Below the pieces are notes generated by a model. It searched no databases. It was not told where the DNA came from and saw nothing but the letters and a program-made list of their open reading frames with translations. DNA of 64,000 nt from the NCBI GenBank assembly GCA_002104905.1, contig MCFE01000065.1:1-64000 (forward strand), written 5' to 3'. Below, in pieces: positions 1 through 13,470 of the stretch (position 1 is its first letter; every line of letters starts with the position of its first letter). The position numbers and the translations under genes were made by a program. The DNA is from Basidiobolus meristosporus CBS 931.73. Taxonomy: Eukaryota > Fungi > Basidiobolomycota.

Positions 1-49
1 TTTGTGTTGGCCTTTTGTCAGGATCATTACAGTAATGTTTCTTAGGGGT

Positions 50-1711
50 ATTGAGATCAAGAATCAGCTCAGAGTGGGGAGATTTGATGAGGAGGCCTCA
101 TGCAAACAATTCCATGCGCAATTTGAATGGTATGCGCTGGCATGTCTGTTTGCACCTTAGCTTTTGGGACCAAAGAGATTTTGAATGAATTTTTGTCTCA
201 AATGACTGCTGTGCTATGTGATATATTAGAGATCTAAGTGGCTTCCAAGAGCAATATACACAGGACTCATCAAGACAACAGCTCCTAGGTATCAGTTAGA
301 GGGGAAGTGAGTACCTTGAGGAATCAGAAGGTGAACTTCAAGAGGAAGAATACAGACTGCAAGCAATTGCATCCAGATTGCATCTGCATGCTAGATTCCT
401 TATCATCCCATGCAATAATGGGGTGCAGGCACATCCCAATCCAATCTATGCCACCACCCCTCACAAGAGCACCTTGCATCAAGTCAATGTGTGTAAGACT
501 AATGCACACTTAAGAGCAAGTCATCAGAACTCACCAAACAGCTCATTTAGAGACTAGTCCATTGGAGCCGGCCAAGTTGCATCAACATTTAACATCACAT
601 TGACTTCAGCCAAGGGCTATGCCAAAGCATCAAGTTGGGCCTGCGCATGCCAGCACACCCAAACATCAGCAAGTTACTCCTGGTGAACTGACTGACAATG
701 ATCCACATGCAGTGCCTCAACCTCTAAGCTTTAGGCAAGTAAAAGAACGCATCAGCACATGGCACTTCAGGCTGGTACTGTCATATTGTCTGGAGCAATT
801 CAGCATGGCCAAGCTCCAGCACTGCACTCATCAACTAGGAGGCAAATACTGACTACAAGTACACAAGTTGCCAAGATGATAGTCAATAAGGAAGTAGTTG
901 AAGTGTGCAAAGTGGATCACTACCAAATGCTTCAGTAGTAGTTCCTGTGAGAAAAAACCTGGGAAGATGATGCAATTGCATTGAATTGTTGGCATTTGTC
1001 ATGATCCAAGTAACACTTTTTTTTGCAATCCAAATTGAGCCAATGCAAATCAGTGATCAATATATTCTTGATATTTGTAATATCAAGGTCATATCACTTT
1101 TGCAACTGAGCCCCTATAGTAAATACCCTGCATATGTATATATCATCTATTACACCAGTGCAGCTATTGGAGCTGATTTGCACCTACACAATTGGTTGTA
1201 TGCTTTCTGTGACACCTTCTCCAATCACTAAGATCAGGGATTTACTTGCCCAATGGGAAAAGTGGGATAGTTGATTACAAATCAGGTTGCTTGTGTATTT
1301 GTAAATGAGCTATTTGGGGGCTAAGAGCTTCAGGATACTTTTAGACCAATCATCCATTGCCATACAATCCAATTGGAGTGATGGTAACCAAAATGGTAAG
1401 TATAAGTGTAGTTTATAGTGTGATGTGCATGTATTTTCATTTGCATTAAAGCAATATATCCAAATACCAGACTTTACCTACCACAATAATGGTATCTGAT
1501 GGCACATGTGTTGCAAACAATAAAAGTTGGCACAATTGTCCATGCCAACCTCATTGTATCAGATTGTGCCATAGTGTGCAAGATTGTCCCACATTGTCTA
1601 AAATTGTTCAAGAGCAATCCTGCCTTCTGGTAGCTACAACACTGTACCCAAATGTTCTTTAAGATTTTGGATTGTGCTGTGCACCCTGGCATGGTATACT
1701 GGCACAAGCCT
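50..1711 (+). mobile_element. Decayed right half of the PIF/Harbinger-like (ANT-TSD) transposon: ORF2 remnant and right TIR
   Basis: Collinear with 41250-42925 (e.g. ...aaaaaacctgggaagatgatgcaattgc). Ends in a degenerate TIR, ggcacaagcct, followed by ATT at 1712-1714. Left boundary approximate. Confidence 0.75.
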
Positions 1712-1714
1712 ATT

Positions 1715-3350
1715 ATCAGCATTGGACATACCCCAGCCATCAGCAAGAGAGCCAGCTTTTCTGGGCACAATAGATGGTATTGCTGCTGAGCATGTGAGAT
1801 CCAGAGGACTTACTCCATAACAAACACACATTATTATTACCCAAACACCAACACTGAGAACATTGTATTTCTGCAGAGAGAACATACAGAAGTCAGCATT
1901 CAATTGCAGCAGAGTTTGCAAGCTATAAGCCATTAGCTGGTATATGGAATTAATTGGAAACTGAGATACTTAAGATAAAGGGTATCTGCTGGAGCAAAAG
2001 CTTTCTACTGGGAGCAATGCATTTGTTCTTCAACTATATCCCTATACTGATGAACAAGTTGTACAAGGGGCATTTCAAGCTAAATGGGCCCTTTGAAATA
2101 CCAGAGAAATTTGAAAGAATTGGCACAATATAACAGAGTTTCTACTACCCTAAGTACTTCTGATGGGCTCCAATCAACATTCAAGCTTGTATGTAACAAT
2201 ACTAGTGCAAGGACTGGATGAACTGGATATGTATTTACTCAAATGGCCTTTTGAAGCAATTACTACCAAGAGTACATTGTAAGCATTGGGAGTCATATGT
2301 GGACAATGTACAAATACTTATCCAGATGTGGATCACCAATGCCAACTTGATGCATCTACAGCTTTTGTGCAAAGAGTTTGTGATGGATCTCAGTGGCTAT
2401 ACCACAAACATAAAGTTGAATGTGTAGATCTTTGCTGCTACTATATCCATTTGCTACTCCATCTTGCTTGGTGTGTTGAGAATATTGAACCTTGCTTCCA
2501 CTTTTGGGAGTTTCCTATGGAGTGGATGTGTGAGGAGATAGGAAGACAAGTCAAGTGTCAGGTACTACCATATCCCAATCTCATCAAGAATATTTCCGTC
2601 AAGTCTGCCATAGATGTAACAAGTTGGCAAATGGAGGACAGCTGCAAAGAGTTGGGAAAATACTGAGGACTGATGTGCATATGAAGACACCTATGCCTAT
2701 GGCATTAAAAAGCTAAGCATCCCCATTGTTTGTGTAATCAGCTAAGCAATGTTAAGTTGGGTTGGGTACAACATGCAATTAACTTTTATTAGGAAAACTC
2801 TACCAAGGTATGTTGGATTTCTCTTGGTCACAAGCCAATTTCTACACCATTCAATACTGTATTTACAAAAACAAGAGCCAGAATGCCCCTATGAGGGGGA
2901 CTAGAATCCAGCAGGGAGAAGGATATATTGGTGAAGTACCAAAAAGTTCCTCGCAAATATTCAGGAGGTATTCTTAGCAGAGGTGGCAGCAACCAAGCAA
3001 ATGTTTGCCAGAAGTATATGCAACCAGCAATACAAGGTATATGGCAACTTTGCAAGTATCACACAAGAAAGCCGTAAAGCTGAGGTGATAGAAGTATGTC
3101 AATTACTGCAAGTGTGTGCATTTGTAGAGGTAAGTAAGCAGGAGGCCATAGTTTTTTTTGATTTGAACTATTTGTAGAATACCCAAGGTAGTAGTGTGAA
3201 AGAAAATGAAGTTGGGAGATTCTACAGTGGAATATATGAATTGCACAAGGGGAGGTCAAAAAAGCAAATATCAGTTGGTAAGTTGGTATGGTAGCCTTAT
3301 ACAGTACTAGCTTTAGGATACCATACTTCTGTCATCATGACATCAGAGCC
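1715..3350 (+). mobile_element. Decayed CACTA/EnSpm-like transposase remnant
   Basis: ORF 2286-2666 contains WLY...CCYYIHLLLHLAWCVENIEPCFHFWEFPMEWMC...PYPNL, which matches the CACTA H-x-LLHL...GP...W-x-FPMER motif after CpG decay. Homologous to 4760-6649, 33090-34925 and 38845-39526. Confidence 0.7.
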
Positions 3351-3369
3351 TTACAACTAATTGTTGTGA

Positions 3370-4760
3370 TGATCCTGTCAAAAGGCCATTACTGATTATA
3401 AGTCTTAGAACTAAGAGGCATTGATTCCATCAGGATACTATACAAAGACCATCAAAAAATAATTGCACCCCAGATATCATAAACACTTAGTCAAATTTTC
3501 ATCACCATAATACAAAAGTGACTTTTGAATGGTTCTCTGCTAATTTTGTCACTTTCTGATCCCAGACACTCCATCACCTCCTACATTTGTGCGCATTGAT
3601 TGGCTATTACCTCTCTTGCACACTCTTTACTACCTGACTCTACTGCTTCTCTAACTTTTCATGCATACAAATTGATTTATTTTTGTTGAAACTTCAGTTG
3701 TACCACAATTGCCAATTGTATTGGCCTATGCAAGTCCCTATACCCATCACCAACATTAAGCCCAATCCCACACTCAACAAGTAACTCCATTTAAGTCCAC
3801 TACTCAATAAGTATTTCTGCTATAATGCACTATTTCCACAACTTTGGCAGGAACCATACAACTTTATGTCATTGTTCAATCACTGGTTCCCATACATCTC
3901 AGTATTCAGCTGGCACTGCAAGGTCTAGATCCTCATTGGCCAGTCTCTGCAATAGGTCCTTGCAATATTCAAGTGTGTTTTCTTTAGCACAGGTCTTGAA
4001 GAAGCACTGCAACCTCTTGGTGTGCCTATCAATGTTCCAAAATTCTACCAAAGGCATTGCGACTACCTTTTGAATTCTTGACATTTTTACTCTGTCTGTC
4101 AATGATATTTCCACTCTGTTAGGAGCTGCAGCTTTTCTCTTACACTTCCCTGTCTCTGGCTTGGGTGGACTTTTTCCCCATTACCTTTTCCTTTATCACC
4201 ACCAGGTCTTTCACTGCTACTTTGTCCAAGTACTTCCTGCATTGAATTGCAATTTCTCCTTGATAAATGTGGCTTTGATGCATCTGTTTTGGCCTTCTTG
4301 TTCCTTGCTGTCACTCTGCAGGAAACCTGATGCTTCTTTCCCACATATTCTGAGCTCTCAGCCCTTGCAGTGCTTGGCTGCTGAGGTAGCCACTTGTTCT
4401 TATCACAGCCAGGTCCTTCACTGCTACTTTGACTAATACCTCTTGAGTAGAACTATGCTTTTTCCTACCTGGTGGCTCTTTGATGCTTGTTTGGAGCTTT
4501 AGGCCCTGCTTGTAATAAGAGCTTGAGGAAGTTGCTGGTCTTAGCCATTCACCCTTGTTCATTTGCCTTTAATAGTTTTGGCTATTCTTGAGATACTTTG
4601 TTATCCAATGAAAAATTGTTGAGATGATCCTGTCACAATGCCATCATAAAGTTAATGTCCCGTGACTGAGATGTACTGATCTTATCAGGACACCATCCAG
4701 AGACCGTTGAAAAATAATAGCACCTGAGATTTCACAAAAAACTTTGTCAAATTTTTTCAT
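3370..4760 (-). repeat. Unclassified decayed coding repeat (family X), copy 1
   Basis: The peptide WNIDRHTKRLQ..KENTLEYCKDLLQ..LDLAV recurs at ~13480-13600 and ~15050-15230. Flanked by imperfect direct repeats (gatcctgtca...gtcaaatttt) at ~3370 and ~4625. Boundaries approximate. Confidence 0.5.
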
Positions 4761-6073
4761 CATAATGATGTATAAGTGGCTACAGGTTTTGTGCAAAGAG
4801 TTTGCAATGCAACTTGAGCAACTATACTGTAAGAGTAAAGCTAATGCATATATCAATGCCACTACTGTATACATTGGCTACTCCATATTGCTTGGTGTGT
4901 TGAGAATATTGCACCTTACTTCACCTTTTGGGAGTTTCCTATGGAGCAGATGTGTGAGGAAATACAAAACCAAGTCAAGTTGCAAGTTCTACCATATCCC
5001 AATCTTGTCAAGAATATTACCTTCAAGTCCATCATATGGAAGAGTTGGAGAGTACTGAGGACTAATGTGCACATGGCAACATCTATGCCTTTGGCATTAA
5101 GAAGCTAAGCAGCCCCAATGGGTGGGTAACAGTCAAGTAATGCAAAGTTGGGTTAGGAGCAGAAGCAACTAACTTTTATCAGGAAAACTCTACCAAGATA
5201 TGCTAGATTTCTCATGGTCACAAGCCAACTTCTACACTGTTCAATATGGAACTCACACAAACAAAAGCCAGAGCGCACCTATAAGGAGGACTAGAATCCA
5301 GCAGCAAGAAGGAGTACGTTGGCTAAATACTAAGAAGTTCTTTGCAGATATTCAGGAGGTATTCATGGCAGAAGTGGCAACAACTAAGCATATGTTTGCA
5401 AGATGTATATATTACCTATAGTACAATGTATGTAGCAACTTTGCAAGTGTTACACTAAAAAGCTGTGAAGTTGAGGTGATGGAAGTATGTCAATTGCAGC
5501 AGGTGTGCACACTTGTAGAGGTTAGTATGCAGCAGGCCATAGTTTTTTTTTGTTTCAAGCTATTTGTGGAATACCCAAGGTAGTAGTGGGTAAGCAAATA
5601 AAGAGGGGTGATTCTGCAGTGTAATATATGAATTGCACAAGGGGAGGTAGAAAATAGAAATACCATTTGGTAAATTGGTACAGCAGCAGTATACAGAACC
5701 AGTGGTAGGCTGTCATACTGCCAATATAATGCCATCAGAGTCTTGCAGTGAGGCTGTCAAAATACCATCAAGTTTCTTGCCATATTAGGCAATTGGATGT
5801 CCTGGCCAACTGGATCCACTTAAAATAGTTATAGAGCGCTAAAAGACTGCTGCAATACCATGCAAATATTGTCACAGCACCCATAAAATATTGTCAAATT
5901 TTATCCCTTTATTTGACTGTAAAATTAGCAAAACACCATCATGATCCCATCATAAGATTATTAGGAGTGTCACCAATTCCAAGCTGCTGGTATTAGGAAG
6001 GTCTCTGAATGGGATCCTGATGGCTGATCTGGATTGGATCCACTTGTGGGACCAAATTATTTTTCATAGGGAG
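4760..6073 (+). mobile_element. Decayed CACTA-like remnant with putative right terminus
   Basis: Homologous to 2370-3350. Ends ...ggaccaaattatttttcatagggag at 6073. Confidence 0.65.
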
Positions 6074-6649
6074 TTAATAATCAGGAGGCCATAGTATTTT
6101 TTGATTCAAGCAATATATCTCATAACCAAGGTAGTAGTGGGTAAGCAAATAGTGGGTGATTCTACAGTGGAATATATCAATTGCACAAGGGGAGGTAGAA
6201 AAGGAAGTACCGTTTGGTAAATTTGTATGGTTGCATTACACAGAACCAGCTGTAGGCCATCATACTGCCAATATAATGCTATCAGAATCCTGCTGTGAGG
6301 TTGTCAAAATACTGTCAAAGTCTTGCCATATAAGGCAATTGCATGTCCTGGCCAACTGGATCCACTTAATTAGTTATAGAGCACTAAAAGACTGCAACAA
6401 AAGTTGTAAAGTGCACTAAGAGTGCAACAATGCCATACCATGCTTGGCAAAACACCATACAAACACTATCATGTTTTATCAGCTTTATCTGGCAGTGAAC
6501 TTGGCAAAATGCAGTTGTGATCACATCACAAGATCATGTAGATGGTCATCAACTCCAAGTGGCTGGTATTAGAGCAGTCTCCTGATGGAATCTTGACAGC
6601 TGATCCAGATTGGATCCACCTGCAGGACCAAATTATTCTGCATAGGGTG
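6074..6649 (+). mobile_element. Second, tandem CACTA-like 3' end
   Basis: Diverged copy of 5521-6073 ending ...ggaccaaattattctgcatagggtg, whose reverse complement is CACCCTATG. Confidence 0.6.
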
Positions 6650-9600
6650 TGTACATTGTTGATTATCTTACAACAAAGTGATAGGTATTTTTTGACATAA
6701 ATTTAAGTCCTTAAAAGATTCCTTAGCCACATTGATTCTTTGTATCTTCCCATGCTGCCATACACTCTGCCTCTGTGGTAGAAGGTGCTATAGTTAATTG
6801 CTTTCTTGAATCCCATGAAATTGCTCCTTGAGAGTACAGAAAGAAGTATCCTGTAGTGGATCTTCTGTCTTCTAAGTTTTGTCCCCAATCAGTATCAGAG
6901 TATCCCATAAGTGCCTGTTCTGAAACCTTATAGGTGCACCTTTAGCAGATATCAGCAGCTCCTTTCAAGTATCTAAAAATCTACCTAATTGCCACAATAT
7001 GATCTGATCCATAGTTCTGATTAGGCTAGCTAACAACTCCCATTGAATATGACATACCAGGATATATTCTAAGCATGAAATACATCAGACTGCCAGCCAT
7101 TAATTGATAAGGAAAGCCAGGGCTTTTAGATGGCACCAAGCTGTCTTGATTTGGTTTAGTTTTGTCCAAGTTAAGGTTTGTCTCCATTGGGGTAGCTGTT
7201 GGTTTAGAGTCTTCCATTTGATACTCCTTGAGTATATCAAGAATGCACATGGCTTGGTTTAGAATGATAGTCTGGGCACTTCTGTCTGTGGAGATCTTTG
7301 CCCCTAAGCAGTAACTGAGTTGTCCAAGCTCAGACATCTTGAGCTCCTTAGTTAGGCTTGATCTAGTCTCTTCCAATGTTTTGAGGTTATTGGCAGTTAT
7401 AATAAGATCATCTACATATAGAGCTAATAGAACTGGGTTTGCTTGATATGGCTTATAACATATACTAAAGACGGCATTACTCATTTTTGGTCAACAAGCC
7501 CATCTGGCTGGTTCATATAAACATTCTTACCAAGTTCTACATTTAAAATGCAGCTTTTACATCCATTTCAGGTATGAGAAATCTATGTTTAGCTACAATA
7601 GCCATTATTAATCTCATGGGATCAAACTTGGCTACAAGTGTAAAGGTGCAAAGGTGTCAGTATAGTCAAGTCCTTTTGTTTGAAAGTGTCCTTTGGCCAC
7701 AAGTCTTGTTTTGCATCTTTCAATTGTACCATCAGCCCTGTATTTTACTTCAAAGTCCAATCTGCATTCAATTGACTTTTGATTGATTGGTTATTTGACT
7801 AAGCCCCCAGCTTGATTTTCTGTTAGGACCTAGGATTCCTCATTCATAGCAGATCTCCAAAACTTGTCTGAGGGCTGTTTAGGGCCTCTTTATAGTCTGA
7901 GGCTCATCAATATGGACTGAATATTCATAGACTAGGTTTGTGCCCTAATTGATATAGTAATATGTGCTATTTCTTGTCCAGTTGGATTTCCTTGCATTTG
8001 ATACTGGATTGATCACTTCTAGTATATTACAAGGTGCTGATGCAGGCTGAACCATGGTTGTAGAGTCCTCTAGAGCAAAAAAATCTACATTGTTTTGCTC
8101 TGATTGAACTCTGGCAATTGGTGAACTTGAGATCAGATCTTTGTCATCATCAGGTGTCACATCAAACAGCACATCCCTGGACCTGACTAGCTTCTTTGCT
8201 CAGGTACTGTAGAGTCTGTATTATTTACTCTCATTTAGTAGCCCAAAAATATGCATGTTACACATTAGACTTGTTCTGATGGATAGTGCCACATTGAGCC
8301 ATGAGTGCCAAATGATGCCATAGTGTGCCAGAGAGGCCAATTGAGCCTCTAACTGGCCACAGGGTGTGATAAATAGCTCCGCATCTTCATGCAAAGCAGC
8401 CCCTGTGTTTCACCCATAGTGTTGGAGAAAATCCATTTTTGACCTTTTTTTGTGGATCAATGTAGCGCAGGATGTGTGAGAGCACAGGAGAACTGAAGAT
8501 ATGCATCGGGTACTCAATACCCATGGCACTCTGAATCTAGCTCCTGTGGCTTGTATCATGTCACAAAAATGAATGGCACTATCTTGGTCCACTGGTACTA
8601 TCTGGCACTATAAGTGCTTTGTATAGATCTTACTTTAGGGCTAATATTTAAATATAGTGCCAGATAGTACCAGTGGACCAAGATAGTGCCATTCATTTTT
8701 GTGACATGATACAAGCCACAGGAGCTAGATTCTGAGTGCTATGGGTATTGAGTACCAGATGCATATCTTCAATCTGCTTGTGCTCTAACATATCCTGCTC
8801 AACATTGATCCAAAAAAAAGGTCAAAAAATGAATTTTCTCCAACACAATAGGTGAAACACAGGGGCTGCTTTGCATGAAGATGCAGAGCTATGTTTCACA
8901 CCCTGTGGCCAGGTAGAGGTTCAATTGGCCTCTCTGGCACACTATGGCATCATTTGGCACTCATGGCTCAATGTGGCACTATCCAACAGAACAAGTCTAT
9001 TTTGGCGCAGGTTTTGAATGATTTTCAGGTAGTTTCCTAGCATATGATGTGCACCCAAATACTCTTAGAAGTTCTGCACCTAACCTCTGTCCATACCATG
9101 CTTCAAATGGAGTAGAAACATGAAGTATTTCTTATATAACTTCTATTACTAAGGTTTAAAGCTGTGGCAACTGATTTGGCCCAGATTTCATAGGATACTC
9201 TTGATTATGGATCATGGATCTTGCAAAATCAATTCTTGATATAGCTGACCACTCTGCTACTACATTTTGCTGTGGGGAGTGTAGATCAGTGGTCTCTTGC
9301 TTTATCCCATGAGTTTTGCAGAAGAAGATGCAGAGTTTCAAGGTATATTCTCCACCATTGTTAAAGCATATTTTCTTGATTTTTCCCCAGTTTCTCTCTC
9401 CACCATGGCTTTAAGCTCCCTGAACTTAGACTAAGCAGCCTTCCTTTCTCTCCAGGAAGTAAACCCACATATATCTTTGTCTAATCATCAATAATGGTGT
9501 CAAACACCTCATCCCACCTCAGGATAAACTTTACATAGGCCCACTTATATCTGAGCAAATTAGATCCAATTTTTTTTTACTTTTGATCAACCAGAGCTCT

Positions 9601-10093
9601 TGAATGGCTGTCTGGCTTGCTTGCAAAATATATATGCTATATTATACTCCAAATTAGTTGGGGGAGCAATTTTGACTCTGGGAATTAGCTGATCTTTGAT
9701 CATTATGGGCAAAAAATTCAAAATTGGTGTGTCCAAATTTCCTGTGCCAAAACATTGGTGTTTTTACAATCAAGTTACTTAAATTGGCTTCCAGATATGA
9801 TGGAATATTGGTAGCTTGTATAGATTCTGATCTCTGATACCCAATGCAACATGGGTACTGTTTTGATCATGACCCTGCATCCGGAACTACCAAAGCTGAA
9901 GCTGAGTCTTTCTGTAGTGGCCTTGTTTACAGATAGTAGGTTCTTGCCTATTTCTGGTACATAAAGTACCTCTTTGAAGGTAAGAGTATGGCTTCTTCTA
10001 CTGCTTCTAAATCCTGCCTGAATGGTTCCTTCTCCCACTGTATCAAGTGTTCTATTGTCACCCATGAGAACCTTCTTAATCAGAATTTCCAAT
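6650..10093 (-). mobile_element. Decayed Ty1/Copia retrotransposon, pol half (integrase-RT-RNase H)
   Basis: Contains YSDTDWG..DRRSTTGY...AISW.SRKQ...STTEAE (RNase H), LALYVDDLII (RT), QETT..SPQQN.VAE (integrase) and VLMGDNRTL..VGEGTI. Multiple stops and frameshifts. Interrupted by the palindromic element at 8267. Confidence 0.9.
8267..8998. mobile_element. Palindromic (foldback/MITE-like) non-autonomous element, copy 1, 732 bp
   Basis: Termini AGACTTGTTC...GAACAAGTCT, ~345-bp inverted arms, ~40-bp spacer, ATT duplication at 8264-8266 and 8999-9001. Confidence 0.93.
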
Positions 10094-10096
10094 ATT

Positions 10097-12808
10097 AGAC
10101 TTGATCCATTGGATGGTACCACATAGTACAAGCCTGTTTATAGGGCCAGATTGATCTAGTACTCTACAGCACTATCTGGAACTCTAATTTCTATTGTAAT
10201 GCCAGTGGTACCATACAGTTACTGGTATTTTTACTCAATCTTATTTATGTTGCTCAGAACAGTGCTTTTCTTAATTTATATGCTCTTCATAACTCTTCAG
10301 ACAAATTTCTCTCAGTGTATGTCTTCTTTATTTACTTTTCATAGTGTACCAGACACATTTCTCCCAGTTGATATCATCTTGTACAGATATACTATGCATT
10401 AACAGGTATCTTACCTACTTTACCTATTCTGTTGTTTTCTCCTATATATGACTTACCTCATTATTTGCTAATATGCTGAGTCTCTTTAGACATTCAAATT
10501 TATGCTATACACTCATACAAAAATGATTATATATTGCATTGTAGAGCTTCTGCTTCATGCTTAGTTCACCATTCCTTAGCTTCCTGTAAGCTGCAGTACA
10601 TCTTAGTCTCTGACAATCCTCTTCTGTATAAGCCAAATCTACCATGCATTTCTTCCCTCTAATGAATTCTGGATGACTCTCTACCTAGAGTACTTTGTCA
10701 TGCCTACTTCTAGCAAATGACCCACTAAACCAGATGGTGTTTTCCTTAAAGTTAGACAGTACTCAAAGCTTCACACAGCTGCTCTAAGTGATTCATACCC
10801 TCTGAAAGGTGGTTGGTTATTGCTGTCAGCTGGGAATCAAACCTTGGGTAGATTGGGGTAGATGGTCCACAATACCTGGTATAGATCTCCTCTGATGTGT
10901 CAAAAGAAAATCCAATAGTAGTGATGGGATTGATAAGAAAAGACCATTCCAAAGAGTCAGTCATATAAAAGTTGGTAAATGATGGAGTAGAAGTGATATG
11001 AATCAATTTTGCATGATCAGCTTTTATCTATTTTTCCAAGAATTATGATTAAATCACCATCAGTTGCCATATATCCCATCATTATCTTGCAAAATTCACC
11101 CTCCACAATGATGTGGTAATCTCATTGATGGTTCACTTGCAAGTCTATAGTCAAATAGGATATTTGCAATTGATGTGATCTGATCCATGTCAATGTGATC
11201 CAAGATGCATCATGCATAACATATGAAAGATTCAGCAATCAAATTAGTTTTGATATGTATCTCATATAAGACCAGGCTGATGCCAATACACCACTTTATA
11301 AGTATCCAAATCCAGCACTATGGTCTGTATACCAAGTCTCCATCCATCTTTAGTACAACCAGGACAAAACCTATTCACCAGCAGACAAGTGTGGTCCAAT
11401 CTGCAAAAGTTGATGTTGGATCCACTCAGGTTCTCCCTAAATGATTTTGTTATGGTCAAAGTGTCTATGATCAGCCCCCATACAGATATTTAGGCTCTAC
11501 TCATAAATCTAGCAGAGCTGGATACCTGAGAAGGTCAACAGACATAGAAAAATCTGTGCACAAAGCTGTGGCACGCGTCTACATCAAACACCAGCATATC
11601 CAGGTAAGAAGATATATAACAAGACAAGTATTGAAGTATAGCATGAGCTGGGAATGAAGGGATTTGATGAGGAAGCCATACTCAAACATTTCCACATGCA
11701 ACTGGCACAGTACAGGCTGGATGCATCTGTTTGTGCCTCTACTTTGGCAACCAAAGAGATTTGGAATGAGGTCTGGCCTCAAATGAATAATGTACTAGGT
11801 GATATATTATTAGAGCTAAGTGGCTTCTGAGAGCAATATTCACAGGTCTCATCAAGGCAAGAGTTCCCAAGTATTAGACAGAAGGTGAGTGAATACCTTG
11901 AGGAAACAATAGGTGAGCTTTAAGAGGAAGAATACAGACCATGAGCAACTGTGTATAGATAATGCCAGTACAACTTACTGGATTCTGTACCATCCCCTGC
12001 AATGCCAGCACACTTGCACACATCAGTCCAATCTATGCCAACACCCTTCATAAGAGTGCCTAGCATTGAGTCAATGTGCATCAGATCAACATGTGTGCTA
12101 CAAAGCAAAACTACTAGAACTTGCCAAGCTGCACATTTAGACACAAGTCCAGAGCAGGTGAGGTTGAGTTAACATGTAAAATCATATGGAACTTAGCTAA
12201 GGACTATGCCAATGCATAAAGTTGTGCCTATGTGTGCTGTTAAACCTGACTATGAGCAAGTTGCTTTGAGACAGAGCACCTATAAGAAACACCCTGCATA
12301 TGGATACATCATCTGTAAGACCAGCACAACCATTTGACCTGATTTGCACCTACACAACCAGTTGCATGCTTGCTACAACATCTTGTGCAATTACTAAGAT
12401 CAGGGGTTTACTTGCTCAATGGGCAAAATGCATATTTAATTGTGAATCAGGTAGCTTGTCTCTTGGTCAATGAGCCAACTGTAGGCTAGCAGCTTCAGGT
12501 ATACTTGTCAACTAATCAATTAGTAACATACCATCCAATTGGAGCAATGGTAACCAAAATGGTAGGTATCAGTGTGGCTTATTGTGTGATACACAATTAT
12601 TTTGATTTACGTAAGAGAAACATATCCAAATACTTGGTTTTACATACCACAATAGTGGTTTGAATTGCGCATGTGATGAAAACATTATGAGTTGGTGATC
12701 TCATCTCTGCCAACCTCAATGTGTCAGATTGTCCCATAGTGTGCAAGAATGTCCAAAAGGAATCCTGCCAACTGGTACCTACAATATTGCACCCAATTGT
12801 TTTTTGTA
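10097..12808. mobile_element. Older decayed copy of the PIF/Harbinger-like element (left TIR, transposase on -, ORF2 on +; right TIR missing)
   Basis: ATT then agacttgatccattggatgg at 10097. Collinear with 39527-42880. Minus-strand WSFLINPITTIGFSFDTSEEIYTRYCGPSTPIY matches the transposase N-terminus. Confidence 0.85.
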
Positions 12809-12809
12809 C

Positions 12810-13470
12810 TCATGTACCTTGAATCCACTGCTTGCTGAGCTTCAAACTTTTAATGCTTGTCTACTTGGATGGCTGAATGACTAGCTGGGTGTTTGCTGGG
12901 CATAATACTTTTGTGGATTAGTTTTATCAGGGATAAATGGAATGTTTCATGAATCTTCATACTTGGTAGCAACTGATGCAGGTACGTAATTGGGCCATTT
13001 TTCCTAGCCATCATGAATGGGCCTAATTTCCTAGTGTCCAATTTGTCACAAGGGTGGCAAGCAATAATATTCTTACCCAAGAGCAGTGCTGATTTTCCTT
13101 CATTAAGCTTAGGGCTGGGCTACTGCTTGTTATCTGCAGACTTCTTGTACCCCTTCTGGGCCAAAGAAAATTTTTCTTCAGTGTTAGTGGATTACCAAAG
13201 GACTCTTAGGCATGCTGGAGTCTAAATATCAAATTGCCAATGGAAGCCATAATTTGCATAGAATGGGGGTGAGACAAGTTGCCCTATGACATGAGCTGAT
13301 ACAGGCAGATTCTACAAGTGATAGCAGCTGGGTCCAGTTGTCTTGCCCATACTCCTTATGAAAAATAATTGGGATGATCCAATCCAAAGGCCATCACACA
13401 ATTAAAATCCTGCAACCAAGAGGCATTGATCCTGTTAGGAAACCATGTATAGACTATCAAGAAATCTCAT
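12810..13470 (-). mobile_element. Fragment of a chromovirus-like Gypsy integrase C-terminus (a different family from 17945)
   Basis: QDNWTQLLSL..., KLDTRKLGPF...LLPSMKIHETFHLSLIK...VDKH: typical integrase tail just before a chromodomain. Confidence 0.7.

Noticed and set aside
8410-8592. Recurrent small ORF MDQDSAIHFCDMIQATG... (also at 26664 and 26945) as a novel peptide gene
   Set aside because: It arises from the palindromic element's arms on both strands, and lengths and stops differ among copies. There is no evidence of coding constraint.
9775-10131. 118-aa ORF
   Set aside because: It is a chimera of the PIF-like left TIR read into the Copia sequence.
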